Shown piece by piece: positions 7,794 through 16,542 of a stretch of 55,761 bases of DNA. Source of the stretch: Omnitrophica WOR_2 bacterium RIFCSPHIGHO2_02_FULL_45_21 (GTDB taxonomy: Bacteria; Omnitrophota; Gorgyraeia; Gygaellales; UBA12090). The notes beneath the pieces were generated by a model. The model did no database searches, was not told where the DNA came from, and was given only the letters and a program-made list of their open reading frames with translations. The DNA lies in NCBI GenBank assembly GCA_001805575.1, contig MHGN01000054.1:1-55761 (forward strand), read 5' to 3'. Within the stretch, counting starts at the first letter, position 1, and each line of letters begins with the position of its first letter. A program made the position numbers and the translations under genes.

Positions 7794-9347
7794 TTAAACC
7801 CTGGCAGATAGGCCTATCTTTGCCTGTTCAACATCAATCTTGATTACCTTTACCCGGAGTTTATCTGCTGGTTTTAATTTTTCAAGAGTTTCTTTATCTA
7901 TCTCGCTAGAATAAACTAAACCTTCGAGGTTCTCGTTTATTTTTACAAATACCCCGAATTGAGCGAGCTGCGCTACTTCAACCTCAAGAACTGTATCCAA
8001 AGGATAGGCCTTTGCTATTTCCGGCCAGGGGGACGGCTGAAGCTGTTTCAGGCCTAAAGATATCCTGCGGTTCGCCCCATCAACAGAAAGAATGAGCACC
8101 TCCGCTTTTTGCCCTTTCTTGAGAACATCCTGCGGATGGGCAACTCTTTTTACCCAGGACATATCAGAGACATGGATCATCCCTTCAAGATTATTATCTA
8201 ATTCAATAAATGCTCCGTATTCGGTGAACCCCCTGACTTTTCCTGTAATTTTAGTGCCTAGCGGGTATTTTACTTCGGCCTCAAGCCAGGGATTTGTCTC
8301 AAGTTGCTTTACGCTCAGGGAAATCCTGCGTGCTTCTTTATCGGTGCTTATTATTTGAACCTCTATGATATCACCAACCGCAAAGAGCCCTTGAGGGCTG
8401 GTAATCCGCTTTGCCCAGGAAATCTCTGAAATATGAATCAGCCCCTCAACCCCTTTCTCCAATTCCACAAATACGCCATAGGGCAGAATATTCACAACTT
8501 TACCTTTTACTTTTAAACCTTTGGCATACTTACTCTCTATCTGGGCCCAGGGGTCCGGCAGCCTCTGCTTCAGGCCCAATGAAACCTTGCCTTCTTTGCG
8601 GTCAAGATTCAAAATCATTACCTCTATCTTATCGCCTGCCGCCAGGATTTCAGAGGGATGCGAAATCTTCACCCAGCTCATATCCGTGATATGCAGGAGC
8701 CCGTCAACGCCGCCTAAATCTATAAAGGCGCCGAAATCGGTAATGCTTTTAACCGTGCCGGTTCTCTCCTCGCCGATTTTTAATGCCGACCAGAGCTTCT
8801 CGCGTCCCTCCGCCTTTTCTTTACTTACTGCTTCTTTGCGCGAAACGATGATACTGTGGCGCATATTATTTAATTTCACCAGCTTGAATTTAAACAATTT
8901 ATTCATTATTTCCTGGTCGGTCATATTCCTGAAGGTAGCAAGCGAAACCGGCAGGAACCCCTCGATACCGGAGATATCAGCGATATATCCTCCCTTAATC
9001 TTTCTTCTTACGCTGCCCTCAACTAACTCTCCCGATTCAAAACAACGCACTATCCTATCCCAACCCTGCAGTTTGTTAGCTTTTTCCTTTGATAGAACGA
9101 CCGTGCCGGCATCATCTTCAATTGAATCCACATAAACATCTACTTCTTTGCCGATTTCAAGATCGGACGGCAAAAACTCATGAATGGCAATTATCCCTTC
9201 AGATTTATAGCCGATGTCAACCATAACCTCTTTAGACCTTATAGCCACGATCTTTGCCTTAACCACCTGTCCATCCCTGATTGTCTTAAAAGTACTTTCG
9301 TAGAGATCCTTAAGTTCCTGCGTTTTTTCTTCAACCATTACAGACAC
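7794..9347 (-). CDS. rpsA: 30S ribosomal protein S1
   Basis: Six S1-domain repeats (G.V..I..FGAFI.L...EGL.H.SE). Confidence 0.95.
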   Translation of the reverse strand: MSVMVEEKTQELKDLYESTFKTIRDGQVVKAKIVAIRSKEVMVDIGYKSEGIIAIHEFLPSDLEIGKEVDVYVDSIEDDAGTVVLSKEKANKLQGWDRIVRCFESGELVEGSVRRKIKGGYIADISGIEGFLPVSLATFRNMTDQEIMNKLFKFKLVKLNNMRHSIIVSRKEAVSKEKAEGREKLWSALKIGEERTGTVKSITDFGAFIDLGGVDGLLHITDMSWVKISHPSEILAAGDKIEVMILNLDRKEGKVSLGLKQRLPDPWAQIESKYAKGLKVKGKVVNILPYGVFVELEKGVEGLIHISEISWAKRITSPQGLFAVGDIIEVQIISTDKEARRISLSVKQLETNPWLEAEVKYPLGTKITGKVRGFTEYGAFIELDNNLEGMIHVSDMSWVKRVAHPQDVLKKGQKAEVLILSVDGANRRISLGLKQLQPSPWPEIAKAYPLDTVLEVEVAQLAQFGVFVKINENLEGLVYSSEIDKETLEKLKPADKLRVKVIKIDVEQAKIGLSARV

Positions 9348-9359
9348 TCTCCTTAATGA

Positions 9360-9448
9360 GCCCCGCCAACGGCGGGGCGAATTAATCCCGAAGCGTGCGA
9401 AGTAAATTTCGCCCCGCCCTGCCTACCGGTAACGCAGGCAGGGCGGGG
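9360..9448 (-). promoter_or_regulatory. GC-rich structured plsC-rpsA spacer with mutually exclusive hairpins
   Basis: A perfect 13-bp stem pairs 9412-9424 with 9436-9448. An 8-bp stem pairs 9360-9367 with 9371-9378. A competing 8-bp pairing joins 9374-9381 to 9408-9415. Confidence 0.45.
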
Positions 9449-9468
9449 TATTTCAATCTGCTATTATC

Positions 9469-10086
9469 TTATAATTTCATCGCGTTGTCAAATATATATT
9501 TTAATTTTAATTGCTGTATTTGTTTATGGACATACTGGGCAATTTCGGAATAAGAACGGCTTGAGCTTAGATAAACCGGCTGTCCAAAAATTACCTTGAT
9601 TCTGGCTAACTTAATCATTTTATCGCCCTTGCCCCATGCGCTCTTACTGCCTGAAATCCATGCCGGAATAATCGGCACCCCTGCCCGACAAGAGAGCAGA
9701 ACAAAACCGTAGGTTATATTCTGCATTTCGCTCTCCAGGCTTCTTGTGCCTTCAGGAAATACCACTAACCCTGCGCCAGCTTTAAGCCTGCGCACCGATT
9801 CTCTTACCGCGGAAAAATCAGCTGACCAGCGCTTTATGGGAAATGCGCAAACCTTACGCAGCAACGCCGCAAAGAACCGGTTTCTAAAAAGAGTGTCGCG
9901 CGCGGCAAAGTTGAGCACCCGGGGACAGGCGGCGCCTAAAATTACAGGGTCCAAAAAGCTGCTATGATTGGAAACCAGCACAAAGCCACCCTGGCGCGGG
10001 ATAAGTTTCCTGCCTTTTATCTCCAGATGAAAGAATAACTTGCTGAGGACAAATGCGGACAGTTTTAACAAGCGGTAAATAAACAT
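9469..10086 (-). CDS. plsC: 1-acyl-sn-glycerol-3-phosphate acyltransferase
   Basis: HX4D motif NHSSFLDP and the FPEGTRS motif. Confidence 0.8.
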   Translation of the reverse strand: MFIYRLLKLSAFVLSKLFFHLEIKGRKLIPRQGGFVLVSNHSSFLDPVILGAACPRVLNFAARDTLFRNRFFAALLRKVCAFPIKRWSADFSAVRESVRRLKAGAGLVVFPEGTRSLESEMQNITYGFVLLSCRAGVPIIPAWISGSKSAWGKGDKMIKLARIKVIFGQPVYLSSSRSYSEIAQYVHKQIQQLKLKYIFDNAMKL

Positions 10087-11456
10087 CAGCGGAGCATACG
10101 AATGAGTTTTTCACCTAACACCAGTAATTCGCGTGCGCGTTTTAATGTCCGGGCCTCGCTGTAAAGGCGTAAGGCAGGCTCAGTGCCGGAGGCCCTGAAC
10201 ATAAGCCAGCTTTCGTCGTCACAGATGAGCTTTATGCCGTCATAATCCTTGACCTGGACAACCTTCCTGCCTAATAATTCGCCGGGTAAATCCTTCCTTT
10301 CGGGTGCGAGCCACTTTTCAAGCTTGAGGTCGCGGCGCAAATAATAATACCTGCCAAATTGTTTTTCCATCAGGTAGAGGATTTCTCCAAGCGTCTTTCG
10401 ACGATAAGAGATCATTTCTAAAATCAGCAGTCCGCTAACGATTCCATCGCGCTCCGGGATATAGCCCTTTACCCCCATCCCGCCTGCCTCCTCTCCGCCA
10501 ACCAGAATATCTTCTTTTTCCATCAGGCCTGAGATGTATTTAAATCCCACGGGCGTCTCATAAAGCTTAACCCTTAAGAATTTTGCGATCTGATCAATCA
10601 TTGTTGTGCCGGCAATGGTCTTGACAATACCTCCTGACCATCCTCTATCTTGATTAAGATGCAACGCCAATAAACCCAATATTTTTTGCGGATGGATAAA
10701 TATGCCGCCTGGGCCCACCAGGCTCAAGCGGTCAGCGTCTCCGTCCAAAGCAATACCTATATCAAAGCCTCCTTTCTTAACCCGCTGTTTTAACTCTTTT
10801 AGATTTTCCTCCAGCGGCTCAGGGCTTATGCCTCCGAAGGAAGGATTTATGCTATTACGGATAAATTCTAATCTGATGCCCGTTCCTTTAAGTACTTCGG
10901 CTATATAACTATCGCCGGAGCCATGCATAGCGTCAATGAGAATTTTAAATTTATTTACCTTGAGCTGCTTAAAATCAATGTATGCGCGGATGAATTTTAT
11001 ATAGTCGCTGATTAGATTTTCTTTCTTAACATTTGGATTACTTGAATATTTTACCCTTGAGCTGCCTAAACGTTTTTCTACTTCCTGCGTCACCTCGGGG
11101 CCCGCCGCTCCCCCGCTTGAAACCTTGAGCTTAAAGCCGTTATATTCAGCGGGGTTGTGCGAGGCAGTGATCATGATGCCTAAATCCAACTTTTTATTTT
11201 TTACCGTAAAACTTAATGCCGGCGTCGGGATAATCCTATCCGAAAGAAAAACCTTAATTCCGTTGGCGCTTAAAACTCCTGCGGCAAGCTCAGCAAAGCG
11301 GCCTGACATAAAACGGCTGTCATATCCCACCGCTGCCTTCTTGCCGGGGCCTAAATAATCAGCCACTGCCTGAGTTACAAGCATAACATTCGCGAAGGTA
11401 TAATCCTCTCCAATAACTGCCCGCCAGCCATCAGTTCCGAATTTTATCTTAGGCAT
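10086..11456 (-). CDS. phosphoglucomutase/phosphomannomutase family protein
   Basis: MPKIKFGTDGWR, the active-site loop TASHNPAEYNGFK, the DGDADR metal loop and GGEEAGG. The start is moved to the internal ATG, giving an 8-nt overlap with rpe. Confidence 0.85.
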   Translation of the reverse strand: MPKIKFGTDGWRAVIGEDYTFANVMLVTQAVADYLGPGKKAAVGYDSRFMSGRFAELAAGVLSANGIKVFLSDRIIPTPALSFTVKNKKLDLGIMITASHNPAEYNGFKLKVSSGGAAGPEVTQEVEKRLGSSRVKYSSNPNVKKENLISDYIKFIRAYIDFKQLKVNKFKILIDAMHGSGDSYIAEVLKGTGIRLEFIRNSINPSFGGISPEPLEENLKELKQRVKKGGFDIGIALDGDADRLSLVGPGGIFIHPQKILGLLALHLNQDRGWSGGIVKTIAGTTMIDQIAKFLRVKLYETPVGFKYISGLMEKEDILVGGEEAGGMGVKGYIPERDGIVSGLLILEMISYRRKTLGEILYLMEKQFGRYYYLRRDLKLEKWLAPERKDLPGELLGRKVVQVKDYDGIKLICDDESWLMFRASGTEPALRLYSEARTLKRARELLVLGEKLIRMLR

Positions 11457-12120
11457 TTCGTAATTTCTCAATCGCCTTCTTTTTGTCCTTTGCCTTAAAA
11501 ATATACGACCCGCAGGCAAGCACGTTTGCTCCTGCCTTTACGGCGGCTTTCGCGTTTTTGTCATTAATCCCCCCATCAACAGCAATGTCGCCTTTGTAAA
11601 AAGAGCGTACCTCGGCAATCTTAGGGACTACTTCATACATAAACTTCTGCCCTCCAAAACCCGGATGGACGGTCATCAGCAAAACCATATCCGCACTATC
11701 GCAGAGGGCTTTTATTTTTGCTGCCGGAGTCCCTGGATTAAGGGCAACGGCAAGACTTAGGCCTCTTTTATGCAGGGACCTCGCCTGCTTACGAAAATCC
11801 GAAGCGCTGATGGTTTCAATGTGTAGCGTAATCATACCTGCGCCTGCCTCAACGAAGCGCTCAATGTACTTTAAGGGCTGCTTAATCATAAGATGCGCCT
11901 CAAATGGCAAATCCGTATGCGCGCGCAGGTCTTTGATAATTGCCGGGCCGATACTGATATTGGGGACAAAATGGCCGTCCATAACATCAATATGCAGGAA
12001 ATCTATGCCCAGGCTCTCTACGGATTTAACCTCATCGGCAAGACGCGAAGAATCAGCGGCTAATAAAGAGGGAGCGATCTTAATCTTCATGTAATGTCTG
12101 AAAAGGCTTAACCTTTTCAT
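11449..12120 (-). CDS. rpe: ribulose-phosphate 3-epimerase
   Basis: KIAPSLLAAD, HIDVMDGHFVPN and MTVHPGFGGQKF motifs. A TAATG overlap with nadD favours the upstream start. Confidence 0.9.
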   Translation of the reverse strand: MKRLSLFRHYMKIKIAPSLLAADSSRLADEVKSVESLGIDFLHIDVMDGHFVPNISIGPAIIKDLRAHTDLPFEAHLMIKQPLKYIERFVEAGAGMITLHIETISASDFRKQARSLHKRGLSLAVALNPGTPAAKIKALCDSADMVLLMTVHPGFGGQKFMYEVVPKIAEVRSFYKGDIAVDGGINDKNAKAAVKAGANVLACGSYIFKAKDKKKAIEKLRNA

Positions 12121-12689
12121 TACTTATAGAGGCCTTTTTTCTCAATATACTCATATACTTCCTTCGGTAAATAATAGCGCACTGATTCTCCATTTTTAAT
12201 CCGCTGGCGCAGGCGGAATCCTGAAATATCAATCGCTTCAATGGCAAGCGGCAGAAGCGCCTCGCTGAGATTCTTCAGCGGATAATCCGGCCTTGTGGCA
12301 ACTACGAATTTCGCTAATTTCATTACCTCAAGTATATCCTTCCAGCTATCTAAATAACCAAGGGCGTCAGAGCCGACAATAAAGAAAAATTTCTTAACTT
12401 CAGGATAGGCCTGGCGCAGGTTTCTTAAGGTATCGATAGTATAGGATTTGCCTTTGCGTTTTATTTCCAGAGCCAGCGCTTCGAAATACGGATTATCTTT
12501 CACCGCCATGCTTACCATCTTGAACCTCTCTACAGCCGCAAGCAAATCCTTTTCTTCTTTATGCACCGGAAGATACACTGGAATAAAAAAAACCTTATCT
12601 AAGCCTAACTTCTGCCTTACTTCATCAGCAAGTATAAGGTGGCCGTTGTGTATGGGATTGAAAGACCCCCCCAAGATGCCTATCTTCAT
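12120..12689 (-). CDS. nadD: nicotinate-nucleotide adenylyltransferase
   Basis: GILGGSFNPIHNGH (HxGH) motif and the expected length of about 189 aa. Confidence 0.9.
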   Translation of the reverse strand: MKIGILGGSFNPIHNGHLILADEVRQKLGLDKVFFIPVYLPVHKEEKDLLAAVERFKMVSMAVKDNPYFEALALEIKRKGKSYTIDTLRNLRQAYPEVKKFFFIVGSDALGYLDSWKDILEVMKLAKFVVATRPDYPLKNLSEALLPLAIEAIDISGFRLRQRIKNGESVRYYLPKEVYEYIEKKGLYK

Positions 12690-12710
12690 CTTAATTTACC
12701 CAAGGTTTGT

Positions 12711-13991
12711 TTAGCGGATCTGTCCATTTCCGAATATTATATATTTGTAGGTAGTCAACTCTTCCAGCGCCATAGGGCCACGGGCGTGGATTTTATCTGT
12801 GGATATGCCGATTTCGCTGCCTAAGCCAAATTCATAACCATCGGTAAAACGGGTCGATGCGTTCGCATAAACGCAGGCTGAATCAACCTGCCGCATAAAC
12901 TTTAATGCATTCTGATAATTTTCGGTGACGATAGCATCGGAATGGTGCGAGCCGTAATGGTTAATGTGCATAACTGCCTCGTCAATATTCGCAACAACTT
13001 TAACCGATAAGATAAGGTCGAGGTATTCGCTATGCCAGTCGATTTCTTTTGCTTTATTTATATCTTTGACGATTTTACGCGTTTTCGGACAGCCGCGGAT
13101 TTCTACTCCCGCATCCTTGTATCTCTTGAGCATTCTCAAGAGGAAAACATTAGCAATACCCTTATGCACCAAGAGGGTCTCCATCGCATTACAGACCCCG
13201 GGCCTGGAAACCTTGGCGTTAAAACAGATATTCTCAGCCATGTCCGTATTCGCAAATTCATCCACAAATATATGGCAGACGCCTTTATAGTGCTTGATCA
13301 CCGGGATTTTTGAATGTTCCTGGACAAAGCGGATTAGCCCTTCGCCGCCCCGGGGAATAATCAGATCAATATATTCATTAAGGCCAAGGAGATAACTTAA
13401 GCTTTTTCGTTCGCTGGCCTCTATAAAGCTTATCGCGCCATCAGGAATAGATGCCTTCCTTGCTGCCTCATGCAAAATCTCATAAATTACCCTGTTAGTG
13501 TTAATCGCTTCAGAGCCGCCTTTTAGAATAACAGCATTTCCGGACTTAAGGCACAAACCAATGCAATCGCTGGTTACATTCGGCCGAGCTTCATAAATAA
13601 TTCCTATAACGCCGATGGGAACTCTTATCTTTTGTATCCAAAGGCCATTTGGCCTAAGCCAGCCTCTGATTACTTCTCCGAGCGGGTCAGCGAGTGATGC
13701 TACCTGACGCAGGGAGTCTGCCATCAAGCGAATGCCTGCATCATTCAGGCTAAGCCGGTCTATCAGCGCTTTTGATAAATTCTTAGCCGAAATCAAATCC
13801 TTTTTATTTTCTCGGATTATCTCTCGGTAATTTTTTTCCAGCGCTTGCGCCATCTTGATTAGCGCTTGCTCCTTTAATTTAGAAGATAAAACAGCTAACT
13901 CATAAGAGGCTTTTTTCGCCTTAATCGCTAATCCCCTTAGTTTTTTCATGCTCATATCCTCTAAACTTTTCAAAAAACCTGCCAGGCTCAA
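12711..13991 (-). CDS. proA: glutamate-5-semialdehyde dehydrogenase
   Basis: Aldehyde-dehydrogenase fold with VCNAMETLLVH (catalytic Cys) and proB-proA synteny. The true start is probably the ATG at 13949 or 13955 rather than the TTG at 13991. Confidence 0.9.
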   Translation of the reverse strand: MSLAGFLKSLEDMSMKKLRGLAIKAKKASYELAVLSSKLKEQALIKMAQALEKNYREIIRENKKDLISAKNLSKALIDRLSLNDAGIRLMADSLRQVASLADPLGEVIRGWLRPNGLWIQKIRVPIGVIGIIYEARPNVTSDCIGLCLKSGNAVILKGGSEAINTNRVIYEILHEAARKASIPDGAISFIEASERKSLSYLLGLNEYIDLIIPRGGEGLIRFVQEHSKIPVIKHYKGVCHIFVDEFANTDMAENICFNAKVSRPGVCNAMETLLVHKGIANVFLLRMLKRYKDAGVEIRGCPKTRKIVKDINKAKEIDWHSEYLDLILSVKVVANIDEAVMHINHYGSHHSDAIVTENYQNALKFMRQVDSACVYANASTRFTDGYEFGLGSEIGISTDKIHARGPMALEELTTYKYIIFGNGQIR

Positions 13992-14023
13992 ACCTTGTTA
14001 ACCTCGCAGGTTTAGAAGGTTAA

Positions 14024-15142
14024 TCATAGTATCACCAGATTATCCCGATGGATTACTTCCTCTTCCAGGCGCCTGCCTGCCTCGCCTGCGCGAACAGGCA
14101 TCCCGATGTGAGGTTGCAATTCGCAAGCGGAAAAGTTGACCTTACCCCTGGCAAATTCACTGCCTGCAGGGTCAGCGATGCTCACGGTTTCATTTTGCTT
14201 AAAGTTCCCCCGAACGCTGATTATTCCTACGGAGAGTAAACTTTTCCCATTCTTAATAAGCGCATTCTTTGCTCCCTGATCAACAATAATAGTTCCTCTG
14301 GCTCTCCCCCCATAGGCTATCCAGCGCTCTCTGGCTTTCAGGCTTGCGCCCTGAGCCGGGAAAAAAGTCCCCACAGGTTCGCCACGCGCGGCTTTTAGAA
14401 GCGCATCAGGAGATTTTCCGCTGGCTATAATAGAGGATATTCCTGAACCTGTGGCTATTTTAATTGCCTCTAACTTGCTTGACATACCTCCGACACAGCC
14501 CTGCTTGTCCTGCGAGGGCTTACCGAGCTTTTCAGTATTGCAGCATAAACGGTTTATTTCCGGGGTTATTTTCTCAACTACCGGTATGACCTGCATTTGC
14601 GGCAAGCGATATAGCCCTTCAACATCGGATAAAATAACTAAAAGGTCAGCTCCCAGCAATACAGCTACCAGCGCCGAAAGCTTGTCATTATCGCCGAAGC
14701 GGATTTCGTCAGTGGCGACGGTGTCATTCTCATTGATCACCGGCAACACTTTGTTTTTTAATAAATTCGCCAACGTATGCCTTACGTTCAAATAACGCTT
14801 TCTATTCTCAAAGTCCTCCCAGGTAAGCAAGAGCTGGGCGCAAAGCCGATTATGCTTTTTGAGTAACCTGCGGTAGATGCCCATAAGCTCACTTTGTCCG
14901 ATGCTGGCTGCTGCCTGGAGGCCGGAAATTTCCTGAGGCCTTTTCTTTAATTTCAATATGGACATTCCGCAGGCTATGGCTCCTGATGAAACCAGAACTA
15001 CCTCTATGCCTTCATTTATCAAGCCATTGAGCTGCTCAATAATACTACTTATGTATTTCAGGTCAATTAAGCTGCCTCTGGGGCTAATCAGGCTTGAGCC
15101 TGTCTTAACTACTATGCGCAAGAAGCTTTTTTTGGATTGCAT
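14024..15142 (-). CDS. proB: glutamate 5-kinase with a PUA domain
   Basis: VVKTGSSLIS, NENDTVATDEIRFGDND, and a C-terminal PUA domain (VIHRDNLVIL). Confidence 0.9.
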   Translation of the reverse strand: MQSKKSFLRIVVKTGSSLISPRGSLIDLKYISSIIEQLNGLINEGIEVVLVSSGAIACGMSILKLKKRPQEISGLQAAASIGQSELMGIYRRLLKKHNRLCAQLLLTWEDFENRKRYLNVRHTLANLLKNKVLPVINENDTVATDEIRFGDNDKLSALVAVLLGADLLVILSDVEGLYRLPQMQVIPVVEKITPEINRLCCNTEKLGKPSQDKQGCVGGMSSKLEAIKIATGSGISSIIASGKSPDALLKAARGEPVGTFFPAQGASLKARERWIAYGGRARGTIIVDQGAKNALIKNGKSLLSVGIISVRGNFKQNETVSIADPAGSEFARGKVNFSACELQPHIGMPVRAGEAGRRLEEEVIHRDNLVIL

Positions 15143-16079
15143 TGAGTAATCTATCCAACCCCTGGGATTCTAAAGCTGAAATCGAAATAACCATTTCTTT
15201 TACCTTCTGCTTGAAGAGAGCCAGATTTTCTTTTGCCTGAGGTAAATCCATTTTATTGGCAACCAATATCACGGGCTTCTTAAATACTTCCTCACTGTAA
15301 GATTGCAACTCCTTTTTTATGACACGATAATCCTCAAAAGGGCTCCTGCCGTCAACGCCTGCCATATCCATAAGATGCACCAGGACTTTTGTCCTTTCAA
15401 TATGGCGCAGGAATCTGTCTCCCAGTCCTTTACCGAGATGCGAATCCTTTATCAAACCCGGGATATCCGCAACTGAAAAAGCAGCGCCTTCCCTGCTGAC
15501 TATCCCTAAAACCGGCTCTTTGGTAGTAAAGGGATAACCCGCAATCTTAGGATGGGCATTTGAGATTTTGGAAATTAAAGTAGATTTACCGCTGTTGGGA
15601 AATCCTATCAGGCCGGCATCGGCAATCAGCCTTAGGTCTAAGATTAATTCTTTTTCTTCGCCGGGAGCTCCCTGCAGCTCCTGCTCAAGCTTCGCGTGCA
15701 CGCTTCCCTTGCCGCCCTCACCGCCTCTGGCAGCAATAAATTCCTGACTATCTTCAAGCAGTTCTCTTAAGCGGCAATTTGTCCGGCTGTCTATGGTTAA
15801 AGTCCCCAGCGGAACAACGATAATTTTATCCTGCCCATCGCGGCCTTTTTTACGATTGGACATCCCCTGTCCGCCCTTTTCAGCGGTAAAATGCTGGCGG
15901 TATCTAAAATCATAGAGAGTATAGAAATTTTTATCGGCGCGGACGATTACATTCCCGCCCCTTCCTCCGTCTCCGCCGTCAGGCTTTTTGTAACGCCAAT
16001 ATTTATCTTTATAGAAACTGTAAGCGCCCTTACCCCCCGCTCCGGCCTTTACGGCTATTTTGACATTATCAACAAACAA
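15105..16079 (-). CDS. obg: GTPase Obg
   Basis: FVDNVKIAVKAGAGGKG Obg fold, then the G domain GFPNSGKSTL, DIPG and NKMD. I place the start at the TTG at 16079, which has GGAGGAG six nt upstream and gives the canonical MFVD N-terminus. The ATG at 16133 in the track lies inside a repeat insertion. Confidence 0.9.
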   Translation of the reverse strand: MFVDNVKIAVKAGAGGKGAYSFYKDKYWRYKKPDGGDGGRGGNVIVRADKNFYTLYDFRYRQHFTAEKGGQGMSNRKKGRDGQDKIIVVPLGTLTIDSRTNCRLRELLEDSQEFIAARGGEGGKGSVHAKLEQELQGAPGEEKELILDLRLIADAGLIGFPNSGKSTLISKISNAHPKIAGYPFTTKEPVLGIVSREGAAFSVADIPGLIKDSHLGKGLGDRFLRHIERTKVLVHLMDMAGVDGRSPFEDYRVIKKELQSYSEEVFKKPVILVANKMDLPQAKENLALFKQKVKEMVISISALESQGLDRLLNAIQKKLLAHSS

Positions 16080-16172
16080 GAAAATCTCCTCCGGCGATAA
16101 CTTTTGGCTGCGGCTATTCGGTTGCCGCACCATCAGCCCTCTGGCTGTCAGCGATTTTCGCAGTGGTATGGG
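16077..16172 (-). repeat. dispersed short repeat, copy 1, carrying a 44-nt hairpin-rich insertion
   Basis: Segments 16092-16108 and 16151-16172 match 18393-18429 almost base for base. Segment 16077-16105 matches 28063-28091 at 25 of 28 positions. Confidence 0.8.
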
Positions 16173-16190
16173 AAATAGAAAAGCCCAAAA

Positions 16191-16505
16191 TCAAGCTAAA
16201 GTAATTTCCTTAATCTTTACCCTTGAAAGTTGCTGGCGGTGGCCTTTTTTGCTTTTGCTTGATTTTCTGCGCCGGAACTTAAAAGCGATGACTTTCTTGT
16301 CTTTAAAATTGCGCACGACTTCGGCGAGCACCTTTGCGCCCAAGACAAATGGCGCGCCAACTTTTACCTCATTATCATTAGCAACTAAGAGCACCTTATC
16401 AAAATTAATCTCATCCTTCGGCTTGAGGCCCAGCTTTTCCACATCTATGACGCTGTCCCTGCTTACCTTGTATTGCTTTCCGCCGGCTTCAATTATTGCA
16501 TACAT
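16191..16505 (-). CDS. rplU: 50S ribosomal protein L21
   Basis: MYAIIEAGGKQYKV... is the typical L21 N-terminus; 104 aa. Confidence 0.95.
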   Translation of the reverse strand: MYAIIEAGGKQYKVSRDSVIDVEKLGLKPKDEINFDKVLLVANDNEVKVGAPFVLGAKVLAEVVRNFKDKKVIAFKFRRRKSSKSKKGHRQQLSRVKIKEITLA

Positions 16506-16542
16506 CTTTATTCTCCTTAATCAGCAGCTGCCTCTTTAAGAC

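Noticed and set aside
8521-9135. 204-aa plus-strand ORF
   Set aside because: It is entirely antisense to rpsA, has a low-complexity Ser/Pro/Leu-rich translation and no motifs. This is a typical shadow ORF of a strongly coding opposite strand.
10470-10500. GC-rich cccgcctgcctcctctccgcc patch in the phosphoglucomutase gene
   Set aside because: It encodes the conserved GGEEAGG sugar-binding loop, so composition is dictated by Gly/Ala/Glu codons. I note only its 11-mer identity with the secD island and do not count it as an insertion.
16080-16133. 18-codon N-terminal extension of obg from the ATG at 16133
   Set aside because: That ATG lies inside the 44-nt insertion of a dispersed repeat. The TTG at 16079 has a strong SD and gives the canonical MFVD start.
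16080-16190. Possible remnant of rpmA between rplU and obg
   Set aside because: The 110-nt spacer has no L27-like reading frame (no KKGGGS/RQRG motifs in any frame) and is explained by the dispersed repeat.
16060-16539. 159-aa plus-strand ORF spanning the obg 5' end and rplU
   Set aside because: It is antisense to two well-supported genes and crosses their intergenic repeat. The protein has no recognisable features.
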